A stretch of 63,985 nucleotides of DNA, the filler included, from Stramenopiles sp. TOSAG23-3 (Eukaryota): NCBI GenBank assembly GCA_900128585.1. It is 11 parts of 11 records of this genome, joined end to end, with 100 filler letters (N's around TTAATTAATTAA, not from the genome) between each part and the next. Parts side by side here need not be neighbours in the genome. Positions count along the whole stretch, not along the records: positions 1 to 5,799 come from LT643432.1; positions 5,900 to 11,697 come from LT643433.1; 9 more parts are not named here. One strand, written 5' to 3'. Shown piece after piece: positions 1 to 11,114 of this stretch; position 1 is the stretch's first letter, and the number at the start of each line of letters is the position of its first letter. The notes under the pieces were generated by a model. The model worked only from the letters and a program-made list of their open reading frames with translations, searched no databases and was not told where the DNA came from. Position numbers and translations under genes: made by a program.

Positions 1-226
1 ATGAATGACGAGAAATATTTAAAAATATTTAGTATGAGACATAAATATATACACCGACGAGATTAGTAGTATATTATTAAATTTAGCAGAACATGCGCGC
101 GTGAATATTATTGGGTAAGTCATATCATTTTTGATTTTGATATTCTTATTACCTAATCCAGCTTGTATATTTTGAAAAGTGAAAATGTCAAAAAATAAGA
201 CACGCGGCACTGAGACTACCAAACGT

Positions 227-1681
227 TCATGATGGGTTTGATACAGCTTGCCTGGCTTCCGCGGAACACGGGTGACAGGAGCGTTTGCCAAACTTAGTGT
301 ATTTGGAGCAATTGTTGCAGAGAATCCTTCCGCAGAACCTGCAATGGTGTCGACGATTAAATACGTCAAAGTTTTTCCCGCACTCCTGGCATCCGGTATG
401 GAGGTGGTCTTTCTGCCAGGACCGTTTTGTAACAGGTGCTGATGCTTTCGTTTCTTGGGAGAAATGAGAGGCAGCCCTTCCATCGTTGCTTTTCCTCCCA
501 GGCTCCGCGGAGGGGTTGGTACCAACGGGAGCAGCGTCGCCCACGACTTTAGCGACAGCAGCGTCCTGGCTACCTTCCGTAGGCCCGAGAATATACGTGT
601 GGTAGTTATCGAAAACAGACGGACCGTACTGCTTTACCTTTTCGTTCAAAAAATTTCTGATTTTATCTATCTGCATTGGTTGTCGCTTCATAATTTCACC
701 AGAGATCCATGTCGGGATAGAACCCTTCAGGTCCAGTTGGACGACATAAGTTAATTTGGTTGCTTTTCCCCCATCGACAGCCTCCATGAGCCATCCGCCA
801 ATGACCAGCTCGCCGCGCACTAACCCTGATCTCTTGGGCATTTCAGCCGATTCTACTGCGCCGCCAACAAAGAAGACTTTACCACTGGCTTCCCGTCGCC
901 AGTGGTTTATATTTACAAAGTCCCTGCCAGCAACAAAGTATTGACTCTTGTACTCCAGGTAAGCAGACCAGGTTTGTGGGTTGAATGTCTTCAAGAGTTG
1001 TAAAGTTTTCATATCAGGGTCTTTCCGATAACATTTCTTCTCGAGATCGTCTGGGTCTCCACACTCCTTTAAAATTCCAAAAACTGCATTCAGAGGAAAG
1101 TGGACTACCCCCACACCTTTCCCGGCTGTAAGGCCCTCAAATTCCGCGACGAAGCAGTCGACCCCTTTGCTTGAAAAATTAAATTTCCATCCATTTTCTC
1201 CGTCCTTGGACGTCGCACTCTCTTTCAACATTTTGATTCGGCTTTCTAAAATTCTTTGAAAAGGTTCAGGGACACCTTCCAAATCGTCTCCCTGGTTGTT
1301 CGGAATTGCCGCAGTTTTGTCCTTTTTGTTTTCCCGCTGCTCATCGGCTGTATGCTTTGGGGGTGCTATGCACTGCTTGTCCCCGCTGGTGCTCACAGAC
1401 CCTGCACGTGTGCCCGTGCCCGGTTCGTTGGAGCGGTTCGATGATTCGGTCGCTCCTTCCCCATTCGTCTTCCTTGGCCTACGCCCTGTCCCAAAATGGT
1501 AGTGCTGTAAATAGTAAAATGCAGAATATGTAGAGAATGATACAATGAACGAGCACACCTTGGCAAATCGACTGTAACCCATTGCACGTAATTTTGCATA
1601 AGAGAGCGCATACGCAAGAACTGAAACGGAGCATTCCGCAAGCAGTTGAAGGAGTGTTTGTTTTCCTGTCCCCCGCGCCAT
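227..1681 (-). CDS. Membrane-anchored START lipid-transfer domain + C-terminal FYVE zinc finger protein
   Basis: The ORF track starts at TTG 1759; the first ATG (MARGTG) is at 1681. Two N-terminal hydrophobic segments. START motifs: GW..., VAGRDFV, VRG...GGW, TKLTYVVQLDLKGSIPTWI. FYVE motifs: WQKD, CQEC, RRHHCRFCG, CNNC, CHPC. Confidence 0.85.
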   Translation of the reverse strand: MARGTGKQTLLQLLAECSVSVLAYALSYAKLRAMGYSRFAKVCSFIVSFSTYSAFYYLQHYHFGTGRRPRKTNGEGATESSNRSNEPGTGTRAGSVSTSGDKQCIAPPKHTADEQRENKKDKTAAIPNNQGDDLEGVPEPFQRILESRIKMLKESATSKDGENGWKFNFSSKGVDCFVAEFEGLTAGKGVGVVHFPLNAVFGILKECGDPDDLEKKCYRKDPDMKTLQLLKTFNPQTWSAYLEYKSQYFVAGRDFVNINHWRREASGKVFFVGGAVESAEMPKRSGLVRGELVIGGWLMEAVDGGKATKLTYVVQLDLKGSIPTWISGEIMKRQPMQIDKIRNFLNEKVKQYGPSVFDNYHTYILGPTEGSQDAAVAKVVGDAAPVGTNPSAEPGRKSNDGRAASHFSQETKASAPVTKRSWQKDHLHTGCQECGKNFDVFNRRHHCRFCGRILCNNCSKYTKFGKRSCHPCSAEARQAVSNPS

Positions 1682-2009
1682 ATTATTTGTGTGAAATCGA
1701 GTGAGAACAAACTTCGTATATCGGCTTATGCAATGTACGCAGTCCGCTAATATGATCAATTGCTACTGTGCCTTATGTTCAGTGAACCCCCCCCACAATA
1801 TTTTAGTTCAATCTGTTCTTCATATATAATACAATGTAATGGTCTTCCAACGAAACGAAGTATTGGTCGGTAGTTGGTGGTTGTTGTTTCAAATGGTTGG
1901 TGGGTGAGGTGGTACCCGGTGGTATTTTATTATTATCGATCTTTCATGATGATGACCACCATAAATATTAATTATTATTAATACATTGACACATCATTAA
2001 TTGGATGAA

Positions 2010-2180
2010 TATTGTACTTTTCACAATCGGTGACATGGTGAAATGTTGTTGGTATATTTAGCTTATATCACACCTAAAAAATAAGAAATATCAGTACATC
2101 AACACACCAAAAGGCTGATTTTTAACTAATACATAGAATTAGCATGGAAATGTTGATATAGGTAAATATTGCAAGTACAA
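2010..2180. repeat. Degenerate copy of small TIR (MITE-like) element family A
   Basis: Starts TATTGTACTTTTCACAA. The internal ATCACACCTAAAAAATAAGAAAT..TCAGTACA..AACACACCA..TGATTTTTAACTAAT aligns with the reverse complement of 6045-6183 on another contig. Confidence 0.7.
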
Positions 2181-2443
2181 CAAATTTATTTCTGCTCCTC
2201 CTGGCGTTTTTTCTTTTTTTTTACTCTAAAAAATATCATACTTACAAATTCAAATACTATTTGAATTTTTAAAATACCAAGGCACTTAAAACAGCCAATT
2301 TTATTGTTCTTTAAATATAGAAAAGGAGGTTTTGTGTTTTGCGCAAAACAATTTACACAATCGCACTTTCAATTTCATTCCCAGGCTCGCTTTCTGCCCC
2401 TGCCAATGCTTTATTTACTACACCCACGGAGTCACTCTTTTCA

Positions 2444-5400
2444 TTACTGACCGAAGCTTTCGCTACGAGCGGGCTTGTCGGCGGCACCATTGGCGGGGGG
2501 GGGGGCAGTTTCACCACCCTGGTTTTCTTGCGGTGCCAGCCCCGTAGGGTTATTCATATCGAGGAATACGTGTTGAAGTGCTTGTTGGGCGGTGGCGCGC
2601 CGAGTTGGATTGAATTGGAGCAACGGTTTTAAAAAGTCCGCCAAAGCTTTCGCGTCGTCTATTTCAAAGTGATACTTTTCCACCAAAACAGACTCGATGC
2701 CCCAAAAACGTAAATCCTTTATGTGCTTCAATTCGCCCTTACGAAAAAAATTCTTGGAGTACTTTCCAGACATTGCTACCTTCTTTGGAATTTTCCCCAA
2801 AAGCTCTACCATTTGGGCCAAGTGATCTTCGTCACGGTCGTACTCGTTAAGTTCGGAAGCACGAGGATCAAACAGTAAATCGCCAGTGGCCAGCTCAAAA
2901 ACCAAACACGCAAACGACCAAATATCTGCAGATGTGTCGTACTCGGCACCAACGATAACTTCCGGGCAGCGATACTGCCGAGTTTGAATATCTTCGGCAA
3001 AATGCTTGTGGGTCCAACATGCATTGCCAAGATCTACTATCTTTGCATCAAACGATGACAGCTCTATCGGCTCTTCCTCGGCGGGCACGAAATCTCCCAC
3101 ATTTTTATTTTCTCCTTTTGCATGGTGTTCGGCCCCAACGGCATTTCCATGAGCTTCGATGTTTTCGTTTTCTTCGTTCCCTGAAGCAGCGGTTTCGCCA
3201 GCCACTCCCCCGGCTGCTGTTGGGGAGACCACCAGAGTTTTTGGCCACCCTTCCAACCGCTTGTCCAAGTGAAAGATCATCACTTGGGGCATCTTTTCCC
3301 TGCCCCGTGTGACTTCTTCGCTGCCCGAAGCTCCCTCGACTGATGGCAACGGTGGGGGCGTGGTCGTCGCGCTACCATCTGTACTTGCAGCGGGAGCAGG
3401 AGTTGGTGCGGAAGCCTGGGGTGCAGGCGCCACAGCGGTGGGGGCGTCTCCCGTCTCTGTCCGTGTTGCTACGCTAAGCCGCTTTGCCCCATCCGCAGTC
3501 AGTGGGGTATCTGGGCACATGGCCACTCCCATAACAGCGCCGTCAAAGGCGCCATCTATTTTGAACCCGTCGAACATCGCGGCGCACAGCGCATCGTAAG
3601 ATTGCATTACCTTACTATCAGCCGATGGTTGGAAATTTTTGCATCGCAGAAACACCAAATCGTCCACTTTAGCCTCCAAGTAACCCAACACAATTAACGC
3701 CCGTGATGTTTGAAAGGTGATATTCCACACCATCGCACGCCCGTCGCCCTCATCCCCTTCTCCGGGTTCATCATCTTCAAATTCAAACACGTCCAGGTCA
3801 CAAGTCATACAGATGTCAAGAATGTTCGCATTGTCCAGCCCTTCACATGTTATGGAGAAACGAGCTACACCCTCCGGACTTTCGTCGTCCCGGTGCTGCA
3901 CTTCTACATACCACATATCGTCCGTTGCATTGCTTTTCCCAGCCGACCCCGTTTCATTTGATGGAATGCCGAGCGCCTTTACGAGGGTTTCATGTGAAGT
4001 CACAAATTGACACTTGCACTGATCTTTTTGAGGGATCGGGGTCCACTCTTCGGTTGACATTGTCATCTTATTCCACTCAAAACTTATTGGTTCCCCTGTG
4101 CCACAGCTATCTAAGTTAAAATTCGGGGCATAAACGTTGAGGACGCAGGGGTCATCGCTGTCGACTACAGCTCCCCGAGGGGTCTTTGTGCCGGGCAGTC
4201 CGGACGGGGCTGCCGTCGTCGCTGCTATGTTATCTAACTCGATTGTCAATGCATCCATCGACATTTTTGAAAGGTTATCGTCCTTTTCGTTCGCTGTCGG
4301 CAGGTTGTCCGTGCTCAGAAATTTCTCTTGGTCTGCAGACTGTTCTTCGATTTTCTTCAATTTCTTCTTATCCTTTTGTTTCTGTCGCTTTAGTTTCTTC
4401 TTTAACTTTTTTCTTTCTTCTGTGCGCAAATTGGGGTTCGCAAGCAGCTGACTGATTTCTTCTGCTTTCTGGGACAAACCCTTGACACTGTTTGGGACGC
4501 TGTCATTGTCCGCCTTTGTCTTCTTGTCGCTTCCCCCAGCACCTTGGGTCCCGCCGACAGGGTTAGCGCTGCCAACGGCAGATATCCTTTTCAGCTCCAT
4601 GTGGTCCGGTGGTTTAGCCAGCAAAATATTTTCAGGCTTCAAATCGGTGTGTATTATTTTACACGTGCGGTGCAAAAAATCAAGCCCCTCCGCCACTTGC
4701 CGGGAGATGTGCCTGACTATTGGCATGGGAATTCCCGTGTAATTGTAGCGCTTAATCAGGGAAAGAAGATTTTCTCCCAGTGCCTCAAAGACCATTGCAA
4801 CGTGCTTGCCATGGGGACCTGCGTGGGTAAAATTGTCCAACAAAATGCACACTGGGACGCTAGTTGCCCCAACTTTGCGGGCACCCTTTTGCACGGCCTT
4901 GAGGAGTTCTATCTCGTCATAGGCAGCCTCTGTATAATGTTCTGCTGATTTTTGAACCTTCAGAGCTACGTGTGTACCATTCGTTGAGTCTCTGACCAGC
5001 CAAACAGTCGAAAAATGCCCCCAGCCCAACTTCTTGAGGACAAGGTATTTGCTGTTGTACACCTCTCCAAGCTTTACAGGATGGTAGCCCCCTGGCCGAT
5101 ACCCTTCCGTCCCTTCGTCGTCGTCGTCTGAGTAATCCTCGTCGCTACTGGTCTCCTCGTCCTCGTCCTCCTCGCCACTATCAGTTTCTTCCTCGCCCCC
5201 TGTGTCGCCATCCGTCTCCTCTTCGCTCGTCTCTTCCCCGTCTGTTTCTTCGTACTCGCTTGCGTCTGCTTCTTCTCCACTTTCCGAGTGTTCCGCAACC
5301 GGAGGAATTGGTGGAGCGTTGGCCGCAGGAGGCAAAATCGGCTTTGTACCCGATGCCGATACCGGCGCAGGCGGCGGTAATGGAGGAGCCAAGTTTGCAG

Positions 5401-5488
5401 ATGGTGCTTGCGGTGCAGCCGGGCCCCCTTCGGCTTTATCGTCATCTGCTTGGTTTTCCAGGTTCATAGTTCCAGTGGGATTTGCCAT
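2444..5488 (-). CDS. SRPK: SR-protein-specific kinase (SRPK family) with long spacer insert
   Basis: Acidic N-terminus; YRPGGYHPV, KKLGWGHFSTVWL, VALKVQKSAEHYTEAAYDEI, IIHTDLKPENILL; then a spacer; then KIVDLGNACW, IQTRQYRCPEV, ATGDLLFDP, RDEDHLAQMVELLG. Confidence 0.96.
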   Translation of the reverse strand: MANPTGTMNLENQADDDKAEGGPAAPQAPSANLAPPLPPPAPVSASGTKPILPPAANAPPIPPVAEHSESGEEADASEYEETDGEETSEEETDGDTGGEEETDSGEEDEDEETSSDEDYSDDDDEGTEGYRPGGYHPVKLGEVYNSKYLVLKKLGWGHFSTVWLVRDSTNGTHVALKVQKSAEHYTEAAYDEIELLKAVQKGARKVGATSVPVCILLDNFTHAGPHGKHVAMVFEALGENLLSLIKRYNYTGIPMPIVRHISRQVAEGLDFLHRTCKIIHTDLKPENILLAKPPDHMELKRISAVGSANPVGGTQGAGGSDKKTKADNDSVPNSVKGLSQKAEEISQLLANPNLRTEERKKLKKKLKRQKQKDKKKLKKIEEQSADQEKFLSTDNLPTANEKDDNLSKMSMDALTIELDNIAATTAAPSGLPGTKTPRGAVVDSDDPCVLNVYAPNFNLDSCGTGEPISFEWNKMTMSTEEWTPIPQKDQCKCQFVTSHETLVKALGIPSNETGSAGKSNATDDMWYVEVQHRDDESPEGVARFSITCEGLDNANILDICMTCDLDVFEFEDDEPGEGDEGDGRAMVWNITFQTSRALIVLGYLEAKVDDLVFLRCKNFQPSADSKVMQSYDALCAAMFDGFKIDGAFDGAVMGVAMCPDTPLTADGAKRLSVATRTETGDAPTAVAPAPQASAPTPAPAASTDGSATTTPPPLPSVEGASGSEEVTRGREKMPQVMIFHLDKRLEGWPKTLVVSPTAAGGVAGETAASGNEENENIEAHGNAVGAEHHAKGENKNVGDFVPAEEEPIELSSFDAKIVDLGNACWTHKHFAEDIQTRQYRCPEVIVGAEYDTSADIWSFACLVFELATGDLLFDPRASELNEYDRDEDHLAQMVELLGKIPKKVAMSGKYSKNFFRKGELKHIKDLRFWGIESVLVEKYHFEIDDAKALADFLKPLLQFNPTRRATAQQALQHVFLDMNNPTGLAPQENQGGETAPPPANGAADKPARSESFGQ

Positions 5489-5799
5489 TCTATCGAAAAG
5501 CTATGTGCTATAGACAATTTTCAAGAGTACACAGTCGTCTAAGTATAGTTTCTTGTCGAAATGTACAATATATATTTATAAATATGAAGCACTGATTCCC
5601 TCTTCTCGGTACAAAATTGTTTCGTTATTTGCCCTGTATGCAATATTCGCTAGACTTAAACGACGTTCACTGTTACTATTCAGTTTAAATTGACCTCGAA
5701 CAATTCGAATTCATTCTTTTCTTCTACTGATAAAATAATAAAATACCAAGTAGAAGATCTTCTTCTAAGATGATTATTATTTATTGATCTTCTTCTTCT

Positions 5800-5899
5800 N
5801 NNNNNNNNNNNNNNNNNNNNNNNNNNNNNNNNNNNNNNNNNNNTTAATTAATTAANNNNNNNNNNNNNNNNNNNNNNNNNNNNNNNNNNNNNNNNNNNN
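5800..5899. other. Artificial contig-joining spacer
   Basis: N44-TTAATTAATTAA-N44, which gives stops in all six frames; identical at ten positions. Confidence 0.99.
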
Positions 5900-6044
5900 C
5901 CCCCCCCCCCCCCCCCCCCCCCCCTTGTCCACTAACTGCAAAAAGTACAATAACAAACAACAATACCATCGGTGCAGTTCCTTCTTCACCACGTCCCAGT
6001 TTTTATTATTTATCATTGAAGAAACTAAAATCTCAATTTTATTG

Positions 6045-6183
6045 TGTACTTTTCACAATTGGTGTAACTAATTCATATAGAATTAGTTAAAAATCACCCT
6101 GATGGTGTGTTCCTGTACTGAAATTTCCTATTTTTTAGGTGTGATGTATATAAACTAACTTTTCACAATTTGTGAAAAGTACA
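6045..6183. mobile_element. MITE-like element family A, about 139 bp with 14-bp terminal inverted repeats
   Basis: TGTACTTTTCACAA (6045-6058) and TTGTGAAAAGTACA (6170-6183) are perfect inverted repeats. Internal hairpin TAACTAATTC-ATATA-GAATTAGTTA (6065-6089). A related copy lies at 2010-2180. Confidence 0.65.
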
Positions 6184-6440
6184 ATACCTTATTTTCATAG
6201 TATTCCTTAATGTTTGTGCAACCCTAACTTTTTGCGGGGGGCACCTCACATGAGATATTTATTAAAAATGCGACAAAAGCACTTGGGATGTGAGATTTTG
6301 TTTCCGTCAATTTGGATAACAAAGAGACACTAAAACAACAAACAATAAAATCTTTAAATATGTCCAGGGACAAATAAATAACCTTTCTCAAAAGTTTTAG
6401 TCAAGATTTGATTTATATCGAGTTTAAGACGATTGCAGAA

Positions 6441-8780
6441 ATGGTAACCTCAAGCGTTGCACTAGTTTGTGTGTGGGGTGCTCTGTTTTCATACATTCTG
6501 CTGTTCTGTAAAACCGACAAGGAAATTTTCCCTGTGCACATCTTATCCTGCATTTTTATAGTGGTTTATTTTTGCGCGGAGAAAACGTCTAAAAATCCCT
6601 GTTCTTATGGAGCATGGGTATGTTTTATTTTGGCGTTTACAACGGTAAAATTTCACAACTTAAATATTAGTTTCACTTGCACCCTGAAACGAGAGAAGAG
6701 TCTGATATTGCTGAATCTCACTATTGTTCAAAGTCTGATTTTCTATCTTTTAAAGACCCCCGTGGCTTCAATAATTTGCAGGAACGGGGGGCATTTGAGA
6801 GCAATTGTCTTGAATCGAATAAGAAAGTTCCTGGGGGAACATTTCTTTCCCGGATTAAAGTGTAGGAATGCTGTGGTGGAGTTAAGAGACGATTTATCTT
6901 ATAAAACCCAACTGCACTTTAACGTTTTATGTTTGTCGCTTATGTATGTTTGCTGTTTGAGAAGAAATGCGTTGGTTGTTTTTGTGTGGCTTATTTCGTT
7001 TTTGCAATTTGTATTTTCAGTCGTGCCTTTTTGTAAAGTTTCTTATTTTGGGCATAGAAAATTTTTGCAGGAATTTGGAGGCGTAATGTCCTTACTGTTT
7101 TTATACGGCCTTCCGTTCTCTGCGCATGGCGCAATTGACCTGGACACTTCTGTTATTGTCGTATTCGGTTATTTCACATGTCTATACGTTCCTTCGAAAC
7201 AATTTATTACAGGCAGAGAGAAACATGGTGATGAAATTTATGTGCTCGTTTGTGCGATGTGCACTATGTTTTTCTACATTGTTTGTGAAGCACGGATGTC
7301 GCTAAGTGATACGAATGGAAGACCACACAAGTCCAACTTTGCTGAAATATTTTTTTGTGCAATTTTCGCCATGTTAGTAATTTTCAATTTTTTCAATCTG
7401 CTTTCAGATTATCTATTGTTCAAGGAAACATGGAAGGAAATTAACGGCGCAACATTTGAAAATTGTCGAGCGCAACTGTCAAATAGCGAAAACGATGTGA
7501 ATAGCGAAGCGTTGCAAAAGATTATGGATTTTGTGCTTGATTGTGTGCGTGTGCGGTACCAACACGGGGCATTAGAGACGCCGGTTCCTGCTTTCTTGGA
7601 TCTCATGAGCATGGTCCGGTGCGAGATATTGGATGACATCTTGCGGATTGTGTGCAAAGACAGTATTTGTTTGAAAGTAACGACTGAGTATACCCTGCAA
7701 CAAATCTCAGTAAACATAAATTCAATTAAGATTATCACTGAGAGCAACGAAAATGTCATAGTAGAGATTACCAATATTAGGAATGAAGAATGCCACACAA
7801 CGTTCCATATCTATTTCCACGATATCTTGGCAATTATATCACAAGATTTTGTTCCCGTAAGAATCGCCTTGAAGTTTAAGCTTGCCACGTTTGCGTTAAG
7901 AATAAAACAATTTAATATATTTACAGAGCAAGATATCTTCAGGACTCAAAGAGAACTCCATCACAATTTGATTTTGTACCCTAACTTTGAAGACCACTGT
8001 AAGAATCTGAACGATTTTGTCTTAAATTTTATGAGACCCATAAAGCAATCACGCCAGGTTCTTTGGGAGGTTATGTCGTGTCTATACTTTGAAGAAGACC
8101 CAGATCAATCAAAAAATATGATTACTATTGTCAGCTGTTCTGCAACTACACTTGTAACAAAGATTGGTGAGAAGCTGGGGCTACGATCATTTTCTTCAAA
8201 AGTTTTCCAAATGCTGCTGCATTTATGTATAGATTTACTAATGAATTATTTTGTCAAAGGGTCAGAAGTACTGTTGAAGTTGTTTTCTGAAACTAGAAGA
8301 TCAGAACACAAACCATTTATGGTGAAAGCGAATGATTTTTTTAATGCGTTTAGAAACTACAAGTATGTAATTTTCGCAAGAAGGGATTATTTGATGTCTA
8401 AATATCCAGGCATAGAAAGCAGACAAGTGGCGTCAATAAGTAATTTTTTAATTGCACATGGGGGTACGAGAAGTGAAACAATTTACTACCCTAACAATTT
8501 AACCCTAACCCAACTTGACCCTGCTCGTGACGGCAGCTGGGTGAGATCGGCCAGACAAGGGTTTGAACATTCTGTAGAGCGTCAGCAGATCAAAGAGTTA
8601 TCTAATGATGTAGAGAAATTGAAGGCAAAATGGAATAATTTGCGGGAAAATGATAAGAGATGTTGTATTTGCCTAAAACGTGAATTTGGCAAAGTTTTCG
8701 GAACCATTGATGTTTTGACACATGCTGAAGCCGAACAGCAAATGGATTGTTGGCGGCGCACATACCAGAGCTCGAACTAA
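6441..8780 (+). CDS. Hypothetical multi-pass membrane protein
   Basis: About 780 codons uninterrupted in AT-rich DNA (first ATG 6441). Many hydrophobic segments in the first ~330 aa, then a soluble region with a C-terminal coiled coil. No family recognised. Confidence 0.7.
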   Translation: MVTSSVALVCVWGALFSYILLFCKTDKEIFPVHILSCIFIVVYFCAEKTSKNPCSYGAWVCFILAFTTVKFHNLNISFTCTLKREKSLILLNLTIVQSLIFYLLKTPVASIICRNGGHLRAIVLNRIRKFLGEHFFPGLKCRNAVVELRDDLSYKTQLHFNVLCLSLMYVCCLRRNALVVFVWLISFLQFVFSVVPFCKVSYFGHRKFLQEFGGVMSLLFLYGLPFSAHGAIDLDTSVIVVFGYFTCLYVPSKQFITGREKHGDEIYVLVCAMCTMFFYIVCEARMSLSDTNGRPHKSNFAEIFFCAIFAMLVIFNFFNLLSDYLLFKETWKEINGATFENCRAQLSNSENDVNSEALQKIMDFVLDCVRVRYQHGALETPVPAFLDLMSMVRCEILDDILRIVCKDSICLKVTTEYTLQQISVNINSIKIITESNENVIVEITNIRNEECHTTFHIYFHDILAIISQDFVPVRIALKFKLATFALRIKQFNIFTEQDIFRTQRELHHNLILYPNFEDHCKNLNDFVLNFMRPIKQSRQVLWEVMSCLYFEEDPDQSKNMITIVSCSATTLVTKIGEKLGLRSFSSKVFQMLLHLCIDLLMNYFVKGSEVLLKLFSETRRSEHKPFMVKANDFFNAFRNYKYVIFARRDYLMSKYPGIESRQVASISNFLIAHGGTRSETIYYPNNLTLTQLDPARDGSWVRSARQGFEHSVERQQIKELSNDVEKLKAKWNNLRENDKRCCICLKREFGKVFGTIDVLTHAEAEQQMDCWRRTYQSSN

Positions 8781-9781
8781 CAAAGCGGAAGGTGGTATAG
8801 AAACCCCTGGGTCAAATCAAGGGCATGGGTCTTCAGTCGTCCATGCTCTCGGTACAGGCGGCGTTACCACTACCAGCTCATGGCAACCTGCGGCACCGAC
8901 AAGGCGAAAGGTTCGAACCTGCTGATATTGTAAAATGATGGGTCATTTTATGTTGTCGCTGGACCAACGTCGGCTGAGTCTCCTTCGTTAATTGCTGAAT
9001 ATGCGTTCCCATGTTATCATCATCCATGGTGCAATGCCCGCGACAACAATGCGCAATATTACGATCCTGTTGAATTGCAAAGGATTCCAAACCGTTTCTA
9101 GCGAAATAATATATTAATAATTTAAAAATAATAACAACAACAAAACGCATGCAACAAAACGAGAATTCCCTGGGCGCACCCACCACCCGCAAACTATGGG
9201 CGAAAGGAATCGTGCACCCCGAGTCCAAACTCCCCTTGAGATACCTAACGACGCACCACTCACCCTTCCAAAGCCTCGATGTCAACCAGCTGGATAAGGA
9301 CATAAGCCAGGTACTCACCCGTGCTCAACCAATCCATAAGTTTACAGAATAATAACACGGACACGTATTGGAGGACAGATACCACACACGATGAGGCAAA
9401 GGCGGAGGCGGAGGCAAGAAATGGCAGATGCCGTGTCTGAAGTGTTCTTGTTTCGAAAGCCACAAAAAGCTCGCCGGAGATGCGCTACCAACGTGGGACG
9501 AGGCAAAGCCAAGCGCCGCGCAACTGGAAAATATATACCTGCTGGCGAAGTCGGGTTCGAAGTTTCGTTGGTGCATTTAAAATGTACTAGAAAACGAAGG
9601 AATATAAAGCCTGTTGTGTTGGTTCGAAAGAAACAGAGTTGGTGCTTTCAATAGTAGCGACGAAGAAACAGTAAACAACAAGTAATTTCAAGGGGGTTAC
9701 CTTCAAATTAGTATTTTTTTATTTTGCTGCGTAGAGGTTTGCTTTGTTGTGAACGTGACAGCAACATTTCTCCACCCAATT

Positions 9782-10882
9782 TTATCTTCTAGACGTTTCC
9801 ACTTGTTCGTCCTCGTAATTCTTAATTAACACCTTGGCCGCTGTCTCATCGACATATTCGTTTAACCATTCGTCCGGGAATTCGATTTCAAATTCATTTC
9901 CACCTCCGGTGCTTTCGATACCAATAATTTTTCCAGGCTTATATAACCACGGTTGTCTTCTCTTCGACTTTGTCGGTTCATATTCATCGTCGCCTTCTTC
10001 CGGTTGATACCTCCAAAGAATCGACTTGCCAATAAATGCGTGCTTGCCACCTTCCTCCTCGCCCGTCGCCTTCGCTTTTTTTGCAGGTACCTTGCTTTTT
10101 TTACCACTTGCTTTGCGTTTTGCTGGCGTTCCACTAGAACTTGCAGCGCCTGCGAGCTGCGCCAGAGGAGTATCCCCCTCTACCATCGGAGCAACGATAT
10201 CCTGAGTGTCATCGGCATTCTTCTTTGCGTTCGCCAATACTCTTTTCGCTTGTTGTTGTACGCTTTTCTCCAGTTCGTCGTCGGAGTCAGACTCGTCGTC
10301 GGAGATGTTCAACTTATCCTCCTCACTGGAGACGTAGTACTTGTACTGCTCGTCTGCCTTTCTGAGCAGGTAATTGTGTACCCCTTCGCCCTCTTCCATA
10401 TCGTCGCGGTCGTACTCGCCGGCGTGTGCTTTGCGGTAGACCCAGATGCGTTTTCTCATCTTTGCCAACTCGTCGCGCATGGCGTTCTTTTCTCGAGTGG
10501 CCGCCGCGTCCCGGCTTTTCTGTTCGTAGATGTAGTCGTCGAACATCTCAATGAGACGATAAAAGTTGCCTCGAATAACAGGTAGTTCGATCCCCCTGGC
10601 GTATTTGTCCGGGTACGTCTTCGCCTTTTCGTTGTTGCCTTGTACGTTTGCATGGTATATCCTTTTGGCTTCCAAGCGTTCGGCTTTTAGGCGGGCGCGA
10701 CCTTCCTGTCCACTAAAGACAAAATTTAGTTCCGTAAGCAGTTTGGTTAACGTGCACCCTTCCTGGTCTCGTCCAACGTCTTCCGCCCACTTTCTTGTTT
10801 CGTCGTTCCAAAGGCGAGCGTCTGCTTTAAACGCTTTCCTCTTCTTCTTCTTTTTCCTCTTCCGTTTTCGCTTTTCAACCAT
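9782..10882 (-). CDS. Hypothetical nuclear protein with possible C-terminal Tudor-like domain
   Basis: 366 aa. Basic NLS-like KRKRKRKKKKKRK, coiled-coil and acidic segments. The C-terminal FIGKSILW...WLYKPGKIIGIE...FEIEFPD...EYVD pattern resembles Tudor/Royal-family barrels. Confidence 0.6.
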   Translation of the reverse strand: MVEKRKRKRKKKKKRKAFKADARLWNDETRKWAEDVGRDQEGCTLTKLLTELNFVFSGQEGRARLKAERLEAKRIYHANVQGNNEKAKTYPDKYARGIELPVIRGNFYRLIEMFDDYIYEQKSRDAAATREKNAMRDELAKMRKRIWVYRKAHAGEYDRDDMEEGEGVHNYLLRKADEQYKYYVSSEEDKLNISDDESDSDDELEKSVQQQAKRVLANAKKNADDTQDIVAPMVEGDTPLAQLAGAASSSGTPAKRKASGKKSKVPAKKAKATGEEEGGKHAFIGKSILWRYQPEEGDDEYEPTKSKRRQPWLYKPGKIIGIESTGGGNEFEIEFPDEWLNEYVDETAAKVLIKNYEDEQVETSRR

Positions 10883-11114
10883 GGCGTCGTACGTTGGTTT
10901 CTTAGTCCCCAGTGGGGTCCGTCCGACCCAACTGGTTAATTGCCCGTTTGTTTTGGTGTTTTCGAGGGAATTGACGCTTAATTTTGCTGTTTTTGACGGT
11001 TAATGACGCTCCGAGGACGTAACTAGCGTCGAGAAGAACCCACAGTATACTAAAACGCCTTGTGTAGACACAGAGGGGGGCAAGCTGTTGGCGATCCCGT
11101 TTCCCGATATTTGC

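Noticed and set aside
2128-2147. ATACATAGAATTAGCATGG resembling the U6 snRNA core
   Set aside because: Lacks ACAGAGA and the downstream stem-loop; lies inside a MITE copy.
5900-5924. Poly-C run
   Set aside because: Sits exactly at a contig start; most likely a poly-G sequencing artefact.
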